Assembly: GCA_949299195.1 (NCBI GenBank)
Contig: CASFZN010000018.1
Span: 352,149-416,148, forward strand
From: an uncultured bacterium
Lineage (GTDB): Bacteria > Bacillota_I > Bacilli_A > RFN20 > CAG-826
Length of the DNA stretch: 64,000 nt
Direction of reading: 5' to 3'
Of this stretch, positions 10,769 to 19,032 are shown piece after piece. Position 1 is the stretch's first letter. Each line of letters opens with the position of its first letter. Under the pieces are notes generated by a model that worked only from the letters and a program-made list of their open reading frames with translations, did not search any database and was not told the origin of the DNA. The translations under genes were made by a program, and so were the position numbers.

Positions 10769-10844
10769 GCCTTCTTAGCTCATCTGGTAGAGCAACTGAT
10801 TTGTAATCAGTAGGTGGCTGGTCCGAGTCCGGCAGAAGGCACCA
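10769..10844 (+). tRNA. tRNA-Thr (anticodon TGT), CCA encoded; unusual T-loop TCCGAGT
   Basis: acceptor gccttct/agaaggc, anticodon stem actga/tcagt, loop ttTGTaa. Confidence 0.8.
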
Positions 10845-10855
10845 CAATTGAAATT

Positions 10856-10880
10856 AACACGATAATTATCGTGTTTTTTA
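10856..10880 (+). terminator. intrinsic terminator after tRNA cluster
   Basis: AACACGATAattATCGTGTT + T6. Confidence 0.6.
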
Positions 10881-11158
10881 TTTTTGCATACAAATTGTAT
10901 ATTAAATGCACGCATTTTTATTTTTACAGTGCAAACGTAATAAATGACACATCAGATTAAAAAAAAGATAGCGCTATTTTGCGCTATCGGAGTTTGAGAG
11001 TCGAAAAATTCCGTAAACCGCCGGTTTTTGGGGGACTCAACCGAAAAACATCAAGATCCTAAGTAATTGAATTGTTTTTTGAAGGTTATACAACGCAAAA
11101 CCAAAATTTATGTTTATCAGGCCCATTTTGTATATAATGTTAAACAGGAGAGCCGATT

Positions 11159-11773
11159 ATGTCGATGAAAGATAAATTACATAATCAAGAATTATATTTG
11201 CCAAACGGTGATGAGGTTATGGGTCCTCAAACTAAATGTTTAGAAAAATTATATGAATATAATTTAACAAGACCTTTTGAAGGTAAAAAAAGAGAACAAC
11301 TATTAATAGAAATGTTCGCTGAAATTGGAGAAGGCTGTTACATTGAACCTCCTTTACATTCAAATTGGGGTGGAAAACACATACACTTTGGAAAATATGT
11401 TTATTGTAACTTCAATACAACTTTTATAGATGACACTCATATTTATGTAGGAGATTACACAATGTTTGGGCCTAATGTTGTAGTTGCAACAGCTGGCCAC
11501 CCTATACTTCCTGAATTAAGAGAAAAAGCTTATCAATATAATATTCCTGTTGTTATCGGGAGAAATTGTTGGCTAGGAGCAGGAGTAATCGTTCTTCCAG
11601 GAGTAAAAATAGGTGATAATACTGTGATTGGAGCAGGAAGTGTTGTAACAAAAGACATTCCATCAAATGTTGTGGCTGCAGGTAATCCTTGTAAAGTCTT
11701 AAGAGAGATTGGCGATAGAGATAGAGAGTTTTACTTTAAAGGTAAGAGAATAAATTTTGATATTTTAGATTAA
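11159..11773 (+). CDS. maa: maltose/galactoside O-acetyltransferase (hexapeptide-repeat transferase)
   Basis: left-handed beta-helix hexapeptide repeats 'IGRNCWLGAGVIVLPGVKIGDNTVIGAGSVV'; N-terminal Mac-type domain; 204 aa. Confidence 0.8.
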   Translation: MSMKDKLHNQELYLPNGDEVMGPQTKCLEKLYEYNLTRPFEGKKREQLLIEMFAEIGEGCYIEPPLHSNWGGKHIHFGKYVYCNFNTTFIDDTHIYVGDYTMFGPNVVVATAGHPILPELREKAYQYNIPVVIGRNCWLGAGVIVLPGVKIGDNTVIGAGSVVTKDIPSNVVAAGNPCKVLREIGDRDREFYFKGKRINFDILD

Positions 11774-12375
11774 TAATTAACAATTTTTGTGTTTCGTTGC
11801 TCTTCAAGAGTTATAAGGCTATTAATTATTGTTATTAATTGTTTTTGGATTTTATTGTAGTCGGTTATTTTGTTTTTTAGATGAATAAAAATTATTTTTG
11901 GTTTAATTAAAACTTTATAATAATTTAAGAAATTAAAATAAGTTGAATTACAAATATATCCTCCAGCATTATTAGATATGTTTAGAGAATAAGAGTCGCG
12001 GTATTTCTCGTATATTTCATTAATTATATTTACGTTAAATGTAGTAGGAATTCCTTCTAATTTCGGTTTGTTGATATCAATTAATTCGTTAGTTTTGATA
12101 ATTCCATTATTATCTTTTATTTTTGAATTCATTAAATTTCTAGCAAAAATTTCAAAAGTAATATCTTCTTTATAAGGCGCTTCGCCAAAAAGAAATATAA
12201 AATCGTATTTTTTGTTTTTTAGATCATTTTTAATTGTTTCAAAATTTGAATATGTTACTTTTAATTCTTTTGTTTCATATTTAAAATTATCGATATTTAT
12301 CGATGAAATTATTTCTTTTGAAACATTTATATTCTTTCCATTAAAAGGTTCAAAATAAGTTAATAAAACTTTCAT
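11770..12375 (-). CDS. pcp: pyroglutamyl-peptidase I (pyrrolidone-carboxylate peptidase)
   Basis: N-terminus 'MKVLLTYFEPFNG', active-site 'AGGYICN', 'IFIHL'; 201 aa. Confidence 0.8.
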   Translation of the reverse strand: MKVLLTYFEPFNGKNINVSKEIISSINIDNFKYETKELKVTYSNFETIKNDLKNKKYDFIFLFGEAPYKEDITFEIFARNLMNSKIKDNNGIIKTNELIDINKPKLEGIPTTFNVNIINEIYEKYRDSYSLNISNNAGGYICNSTYFNFLNYYKVLIKPKIIFIHLKNKITDYNKIQKQLITIINSLITLEEQRNTKIVNY

Positions 12376-12415
12376 AATCCAAATTATATATTAGAAAAAG
12401 AAGTTGTAAATAAAG

Positions 12416-12440
12416 AAAAAGTTTCTATGTGGAAACTTTT
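12416..12440. terminator. degenerate copy of the CACGTG palindrome terminator (GTTTCTATGTGGAAAC)
   Basis: aaaaaGTTTCtatgtgGAAACtttt; downstream of minus-strand PHP gene. Confidence 0.45.
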
Positions 12441-12494
12441 ATCAATTTTAATTTGATATTTGATTCCATGAAAATTATTTTAAAAAAATAAGGA

Positions 12495-12513
12495 AGTTTC
12501 CACGTGGAAATCA
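12495..12513. terminator. copy of CACGTG palindrome terminator (AGTTTCCACGTGGAAAT), terminator of minus-strand PHP gene
   Basis: palindrome followed on minus strand by T-rich run. Confidence 0.55.
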
Positions 12514-12527
12514 AAATAATTTTGATA

Positions 12528-13424
12528 TTATTCGGCTTTTGCTAAAATAGTGTTAAGCTTTTCTTCTCCAATACTTAGCATGTAATAGTGATATCTTAAT
12601 GGATTCATATGAATTAAATCATCTTTTCCATGAATTCCACTACCAATTGTAAATAACATATTTTTCTCTTTAACAATTTTTAGCAATTCTTCAATATCTC
12701 TATCTGTATGATAATTTGAAAATACTTCGATTCCATCAAATCCTAAATCTGCAATTTTAGCAACATCTCCATAATCTTTTAAAATCATCATTGGGTGAGA
12801 TAAAATTGCGATTCCATCTTGATCATGAATTACATTTAAAACTTCGGTTATTTCAGGATAATTTCCTCTTAAATAATCTTCGTTTTCGTTCTTAAAATGG
12901 TCCCAATAGAAGTTAGAGAATGGGTTATCGCTTCTTTCTCCTCCTGGGCGATATGGTTTTAAGTTTGGATGCTCTTTATATTTATCAAATGCTAATAAAT
13001 ATTCTAAGAATGTGCGCGATGACCAAGGTAATTTTTTACGGTGAATAACAGAATATGCTTCAATATCACCATATTTTATATCAAACCCTAAGTCATTAAC
13101 CTTTTTAACTAAATTATTAAAGGATTTATCTTTAACTTCATAAATTCTTCTAAAAATTTCTTTTAATTCAGGTGTTTCTTTAACTCCATAAGCTAAAATG
13201 TGGTAGTTTTTTCCTTCATAAGAAACAGAGATTTCAGTAGCTGGAATTATACTTATATCACTATCTTTTAATGCTTCTTTTAAAGGTTCTACTCCATCCA
13301 TAGTATTATGATCGGTTAAAGCCACATAATCTAAATGGTCTTTTTTAAATATTTCTACTAATTCTTCAACTGAAAATGAACCATTTTCACTATAGTTAGA
13401 ATGTATATGTAAATCTACTTTCAT
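12528..13424 (-). CDS. PHP-domain metal-dependent phosphoesterase
   Basis: N-terminal 'MKVDLHIHSNYS' (PHP HxH), 'ALTDHNTMDG', 'ILSHP'; 298 aa. Confidence 0.7.
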   Translation of the reverse strand: MKVDLHIHSNYSENGSFSVEELVEIFKKDHLDYVALTDHNTMDGVEPLKEALKDSDISIIPATEISVSYEGKNYHILAYGVKETPELKEIFRRIYEVKDKSFNNLVKKVNDLGFDIKYGDIEAYSVIHRKKLPWSSRTFLEYLLAFDKYKEHPNLKPYRPGGERSDNPFSNFYWDHFKNENEDYLRGNYPEITEVLNVIHDQDGIAILSHPMMILKDYGDVAKIADLGFDGIEVFSNYHTDRDIEELLKIVKEKNMLFTIGSGIHGKDDLIHMNPLRYHYYMLSIGEEKLNTILAKAE

Positions 13425-13687
13425 AATATATTCCTCTCCCTTTTAATTAAAAAATAAATAATAAAAACATTAATAATATTAGTAAATATTATTATTTCTT
13501 AATTTAAAGCATAAATCCTCCCTCCTTTAACTTAGAGTTAATTATTAATATTGGTTAGAGTGAAGAAATAAATATATTAGTTACTTATATAATATCATAA
13601 TTTATTAATTTTATTTTTTATTAAAGTGAATAAGAATTAATTATAATAAAACTAATTAATATTATTAGTAAGAAGGAGATAAACACA

Positions 13688-15057
13688 ATGAAAATCGAAG
13701 AAAAAATAAAACTATCAAAAGAATATTATCTAAGTAATAAAACAAGTTGTATTAAAGAAAGAAAAGAAAACATAATAAAACTAAAAAACTTATTATTAAA
13801 ATATAAAAGCGAATTTAATGAAGCATTTAAAAAGGATTTTAATAAGTGTGAATTTGATGTTTTTAATACGGAATTCTTATTAATAATTGATGAATGTAAC
13901 TACATGATTAAAAACATCAATAAACTAACTAAAATAAAAAGAAAGAAAACCTCAAATTTAACTTTCCTTCAAAAGGCTATATATTCCCTGAACCATATGG
14001 AGTAGTTTTAATTATTTCTCCTTGGAATTACCCTTTACAGTTATCTTTTGAACCAATATTTGGTGCTATCGCAGCAGGAAATACGGTTATATTAAAACCT
14101 TCTTCATATTCTAAAAATGTTTCGATGGTTATCGAAAAATTAATTAATGAATTTAATAATTTTGGACTTCTTAATGTTGTATTAGGAGGAAGAGATGAAA
14201 TAACCGATCTATTAAATCAAAGATTCGATTATATTTTCTTTACTGGTTCCCCAAATGTTGGAAAAATAGTTTTAGAAAAAGCTTCTAAACACTTAACTCC
14301 AGTTTCTTTAGAATTAGGAGGAAAATCGCCTTGTATTGTTGATAAAGATGCTGATATTAATCTAGCTGCTAAAAGGATTGTATGGGGTAAATTTTTAAAT
14401 GCAGGTCAAACCTGTGTTGCACCTGACCATATATTAGTTCAAGAAGAAGTAAAAGATGAATTTATAAAGCATGTTAAAAAATATATAAAAGAATTTTATT
14501 ATGATGAGGAAGGCAAACTAACCGAAAACTTCCCTTATATTATCCATGAAAAACACTTAAATAGAGTTTTAAGATTAATTGATCAAAATAAGGTTATAGT
14601 TGGTGGAAAAAATGAAGATAGATTACTTGAACCAACCGTAATGGATAACGTTACTTATAACGATTCAGTTATGAAAGAAGAAATTTTTGCTCCAATCATG
14701 CCAATTCTTACTTTTAAAAACATTGAGGAAATTATAAGTAACTCTAAAACTTTAGAAAAACCTCTAGCTTGCTATTATTTTTCTAAAGATATTAAAAAGG
14801 CCAAAAATATAATGAATCAACTTTCTTTTGGAGGTGGAGCAATTAATGAAACTGTTATGCATTTAACCAACGAAGAACTTCCTTTTGGAGGAGTTGGAAA
14901 TTCTGGAATGGGAAGTTATCATGGTAAAAAAAGTTTTGAAACTTTCTCTCACTATAAAAGCGTTTTAGTTAAAAAAGGTATAGAAATTAATATTAAATAT
15001 CCTCCATACACTAAGAAAAAGTTTGATTTTATTAAAAAATTCACAGGTATTAAATAA
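13688..15057 (+). pseudogene. NAD(P)-dependent aldehyde dehydrogenase (ALDH3/YwdH-like) interrupted by a single-base frameshift near 13964-13968 (or sequencing error)
   Basis: frame 1 gives 'KRKKTSNLTF' then stop; the -1 frame continues 'PSKGYIFPEPYGVVLIISPWNYPLQL...ELGGKSPCIV...' to the catalytic 'NAGQTCVAPD' and 'GGVGNSGMGSYHG'; shift maps to ttcc/ttccc. Confidence 0.7.
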
Positions 15058-15076
15058 AAAAGGAGAAGAAATAAAA

Positions 15077-15469
15077 ATGAAAGAAGTATATGAATTTTTA
15101 AAAGAAGCTGGAACATTTTATTTAGCAACATTTGATGAAGCCTTTCCTAGAGTAAGACCTTTTGGGGTTGTTTCTGATTTTGAAAATAAGCTTTATATTC
15201 AAACAGGTAAAAAGAAAGAAGTATATAAGCAAATTAAATATAATAATCATTTTGAAATCTCAGCCACTAAGGGCGATGAATGGATTAGAATAAATGGATT
15301 ATTAATTGAAGATGATCAAGTTGAAGCGAAAAAATATATGTTAGATTTAAACCCAGTTTTAAGAAGTATGTATGATGAAAATGATGATAATACTGTAGTT
15401 TTTTATATTAAAGAAGGAGAAGCAACTATCTATAGTTTTACTAAACCTTCTAAAAAATATCGATTATAA
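15077..15469 (+). CDS. pyridoxamine 5'-phosphate oxidase-like FMN-binding family protein; start revised to ATG with AAGGAG RBS
   Basis: aaaaggagaagaaataaaaATG; 'FYLATFDEAFPRVRPF' typical of PNPOx-like split barrel. Confidence 0.55.
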   Translation: MKEVYEFLKEAGTFYLATFDEAFPRVRPFGVVSDFENKLYIQTGKKKEVYKQIKYNNHFEISATKGDEWIRINGLLIEDDQVEAKKYMLDLNPVLRSMYDENDDNTVVFYIKEGEATIYSFTKPSKKYRL

Positions 15470-15489
15470 GAATATAATAGTAAGTATTA

Positions 15490-15517
15490 AAAAAAGCGAA
15501 TTTTATCGCTTTTTTTA
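15490..15517. terminator. bidirectional intrinsic terminator between convergent genes
   Basis: aaaaAAGCGAattttaTCGCTTtttttt. Confidence 0.6.
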
Positions 15518-15542
15518 TTTACTACTATTTAAAATTATTTAT

Positions 15543-16850
15543 CTAATCTTTAAGTGCTAATATTGGACATACATAGATATCTTCATTATATAAATAAGAT
15601 TTATTTAAGTTAGCAACTAAAATAAAGAATCTTTTAAAACGATATCCTCTTTTTTCAGCAATATCTTTTTTTACCTTTAAGACTTTTTTAACACTTTCTT
15701 CAATGTCTTCTTTATTTAGAATAATATCTGCTCCAATATATTCATTAGTAATGTTAGATTTAAATACAATATCAAGTCCATTAAATAAATAATCTTGATA
15801 GTTATATAAATTAAATTCTTCATTATTTAATAGATATAATTTTAAATCTTTAATAGTTAAGCTTTTAAGCAAACTATCAAAGATATCTTTTAATATCGGA
15901 GTATTAATCTCATCTTTTAATAATTCAAGGGTGTAAACATTAATAGAAGTATCAAAATAACGTTTCTTTTGTACTTGTTTAATCTTGGTATATTTATTTA
16001 AAAAACTATATTCATCATCAGGAAGAGGACCAATATTATCAAATAAATATAATTTATTTAATAAATAGATATAACTATTAACCGTATTAGGTTCAATTTG
16101 ATAGTTTTCATTATTATAAATATCATCAATTAAATACGCATTAGAACATAAACTACATTCATTTCTTGCTAAAGCTCGCATAACTCTAGAAATAGAAGAG
16201 ATATTAATTAATGGATTATCAGCCTTTTTAAGTCGAGGTTCGATACTAATATAGTAATTTAATAAAAATTTATGAATTTCTTCTTCACTTAATTCTTTAT
16301 TTAAATTGGTATAAGGAAAAGAACCTCTAAAAATAAGATCAATAAAAATATCTGTTCCATTTAAATTCCCTAAATTATCAGAAATAACGTAGTTTGAATG
16401 TAATATTTCGTTTAGGGAAATTGTTCCATTACTATGACCTGCTTCATAGTTTGATAAACCAATCATTTGGATCCTTTTAAAGAAGGATTCATCGATATCT
16501 TTATATGGTTTTTTAATTTTAGGAAGATAGGAAGAGGTTAATAAATAGTGGTAACCTTTCTTTAAAATTAAATCTTTATTTTGATTTAAAAAATCATATA
16601 TTTCGAATTTTTGTTGAAATTCATCAATAAAATAAATGTTTGAACCATTATTTAAAGTGGGGTTAAGTAAGATATCTAATCCCTTTTCGTTAATGTCTTC
16701 AATTGTGATTATGTTTGGCTTTAAAAAAAGTGCGGCATCAGTTTTCCCAACTGCTAAGGGTCCTTCTAAAATTACCACCGGAAATTTAATGACGTTTTCT
16801 TTTAAGACTTTGTCAATATATCTCGGAACTCTTCGCTTATTTCCGTCCAT
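15543..16850 (-). CDS. AAA+ ATPase of the AAA_14/DUF4143 family (copy 1)
   Basis: Walker A 'GPLAVGKT', Walker B-like 'IYFIDEFQ'; 435 aa; paralogous architecture to 49029..50282. Confidence 0.55.
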   Translation of the reverse strand: MDGNKRRVPRYIDKVLKENVIKFPVVILEGPLAVGKTDAALFLKPNIITIEDINEKGLDILLNPTLNNGSNIYFIDEFQQKFEIYDFLNQNKDLILKKGYHYLLTSSYLPKIKKPYKDIDESFFKRIQMIGLSNYEAGHSNGTISLNEILHSNYVISDNLGNLNGTDIFIDLIFRGSFPYTNLNKELSEEEIHKFLLNYYISIEPRLKKADNPLINISSISRVMRALARNECSLCSNAYLIDDIYNNENYQIEPNTVNSYIYLLNKLYLFDNIGPLPDDEYSFLNKYTKIKQVQKKRYFDTSINVYTLELLKDEINTPILKDIFDSLLKSLTIKDLKLYLLNNEEFNLYNYQDYLFNGLDIVFKSNITNEYIGADIILNKEDIEESVKKVLKVKKDIAEKRGYRFKRFFILVANLNKSYLYNEDIYVCPILALKD

Positions 16851-16940
16851 TTTGATTCTCCAGTATTGCTCTAAATAAAGTTTATCATGCGGTAGATATA
16901 GGTCAATTTAAAATTTTAAGTTTTTGCGAAAAATTATTAA

Positions 16941-17165
16941 AAATGGTGACAAATTTTTATGATTTTACTGGATTTTTTTAGATTTTATTAAAAAAATCTT
17001 AAAATTTAATAAAATAATCACTATTTGTGTTCACCCCTAAACTAACAAAATGTCGACAAGGGGTGAGGTAATTTTTATTACATATATAAAAACGTTTTTA
17101 TTTAAAAAATTATTCACATTAAATTTAATGTAAGCGGTAGAAGGTGAAGAAATTTGTCACCATTT
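16941..17165. repeat. MITE-like element: perfect 16-bp terminal inverted repeats AAATGGTGACAAATTT / AAATTTGTCACCATTT flanking about 193 bp with an internal GC-rich hairpin
   Basis: TIRs at 16941-16956 and 17150-17165 are exact reverse complements; internal hairpin TCACCCCT(17031-17038)/AGGGGTGA(17059-17066) with loop containing the GTCGAC palindrome. Confidence 0.5.
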
Positions 17166-17250
17166 GAAATATTTATGGGAAATTTAAATATAGAATTTAT
17201 ATTTTTGGATTCTTAAAGATTATTTATTGTCTTTCCTTTATAATGTCGAT

Positions 17251-18018
17251 ATGGGAGAAGAAGTTGTTTTAAAAAATAATAAGAAAGGATTATTTAAAGA
17301 TTTAAATAAATTAGAAAAATTTTTAATGACTCTTTATTTAATTGTTTCAATATTAATTTATATAGTAATTATAGTCTTAGATATTTTAGAAAATTACCAC
17401 TTATCTTTTTCTTTTAAATTTAATGCGGTTATAATTAATGCTTTATATGCGCTATTTGTTCTTCTTTATTCTTATAAACTAAATAATTTAATGGTTTTAT
17501 TTAATTTTTTAGGATTACTTTTAACTATTGGTTCAGATTATTTTTTAGGATATAGGTCCGATAGCGAAAGCGGGATAATTATGGGACTTTTTATTTTTAT
17601 ATTAGTCCAAATTCTTTATTTTATAAGAATATTTATCTATTTAAATAAGAAAGAAAAGAAACTTTATTTAATGCTTACTATTTTTATAAGATTATTCGTT
17701 ATTTTTATAAAGACAATATTAGTAAGAAATCTATTTGATAGTATTTATTATAATCCAATTTATATATTGGCAGTTGTCTATTTTTTACTTATTATCATGA
17801 ATTTCGTTGATAACATGTATATTTCTATAAAATTTGATAGAAGATATTTGTTATTGGCTTTAGGATTTTTACTTTTTATCTTTTGTGACATTAATGTTGG
17901 ATTAAACTTTTTAGTTAATCATAGATACATTTATTTTTTAATTTATCTATTTTATATACCTTCTCAAATTTTAATTGCCTTATCTTCAAACCTTGAAAAT
18001 AAACCTATTAATAGGTAA
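17251..18018 (+). CDS. polytopic integral membrane protein, function unknown
   Basis: first in-frame ATG (ORF-track start is TTG at 17227); 6-8 predicted TM helices, very hydrophobic. Confidence 0.5.
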   Translation: MGEEVVLKNNKKGLFKDLNKLEKFLMTLYLIVSILIYIVIIVLDILENYHLSFSFKFNAVIINALYALFVLLYSYKLNNLMVLFNFLGLLLTIGSDYFLGYRSDSESGIIMGLFIFILVQILYFIRIFIYLNKKEKKLYLMLTIFIRLFVIFIKTILVRNLFDSIYYNPIYILAVVYFLLIIMNFVDNMYISIKFDRRYLLLALGFLLFIFCDINVGLNFLVNHRYIYFLIYLFYIPSQILIALSSNLENKPINR

Positions 18019-18046
18019 TTTATATTAAAAAAAAAGAAATCATATT

Positions 18047-18979
18047 ATGATTAATATTGATAAATTATTAGAGGAAAAAGTTGTTATAACTAAAGAAGAT
18101 GTCGAATATTTAGCAGATAATTATGAAACTGGAGAAGGGATTTATTCCGACATAAAGAAAAATTATAATCCAAACACTCTTTATTCACTTACATATTTCT
18201 ACGCTTCAGGAATTTCAAGTCAATGTGATTTTTCAGAAGAAATCGGTGAAGAAGAGCTCCTTTTCTCAATAAGACTTTTAGTTAATTAATATCAAAATTA
18301 TAAAAATTATAAAGGTAATAATGTTGGGATTAAGGAAGATGGATACTATAATTTTCCTGATATATGCACCAAAATCGCTTCTTTTTATCCACCTTTTAAA
18401 GAACATTGCCGGGAAGGAAAACAACCAAAAGTTAAATTAAGTAAAGAGAATTGTAAAAAATTATTATTAGAAGCATTAGAAGAAAATCCAGGAAATAATT
18501 ATGCTTACTTTTTATTAGCAAGATTTACTCTTTTAGAGGATAAAGGCTTTAAACGAACTGAAAAAGCAAAAGAATATTTATTAAGAATTCGTCATTATGA
18601 ATCTGAAGAAGAAAAAACTTACTTCTATGACGCCTGTGATTTTGATGTAACAGCAGTTGATTTTGTAGAAGCTGCTTTAGGGTGTTTACGCAATTATGAC
18701 TTTATAGATTGCTTTAAGTTATTAAAAGCAGGTTATGATTTTGAAAAAGATTATGAAGATGAAGATAAATTCATCCCAGTTATATATTATTTAGTTGCCA
18801 CTTATATGGATGGTATTGGAACAAAAGTTAATATGAATAAGGCTAAAAAATTAATTGAGGAACTTTTAATTATTTATAATAAAAACAAATATGCTAAAGA
18901 AATAGATGAAATAGTTTCTAAAGATCCATTAGGAATTATTGATAAATATTTTAGCTTAAAAGATTCAGCAAAAAGTTAA
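18047..18979 (+). pseudogene. Sel1/TPR-like repeat protein gene interrupted by an in-frame TAA at 18287-18289 (N-terminal 80-aa ORF plus a 230-codon continuation with no start codon)
   Basis: same frame translates cleanly before and after the stop; downstream part 'AYFLLARFTLLEDKGFKRTEKAKEYL...YYLVATYMDGIGTKVNMNKAKKLIEEL' (Sel1-like) has no in-frame ATG/GTG/TTG for about 170 codons. Confidence 0.5.
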
Positions 18980-19007
18980 AAAACTCACGAGAAATCGTGA
19001 GTTTTTT
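18978..19007. terminator. bidirectional intrinsic terminator
   Basis: aaaaACTCACGAgaaaTCGTGAGTttttt. Confidence 0.7.
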
Positions 19008-19032
19008 ATTAGAATAATAGCCTTTAAATTTA

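Noticed and set aside
10930-11075. Fluoride, preQ1 or SAM riboswitch in the tRNA-maa spacer
   Set aside because: Lacks the diagnostic conserved cores (for example GAUGG...CUGAUG for crcB); kept only as an unclassified structured region.
16636-16878. plus-strand 80-aa ORF overlapping the 5' end of the DUF4143 ATPase gene
   Set aside because: Antisense overlap; no RBS; the upstream ATPase gene is coherent.
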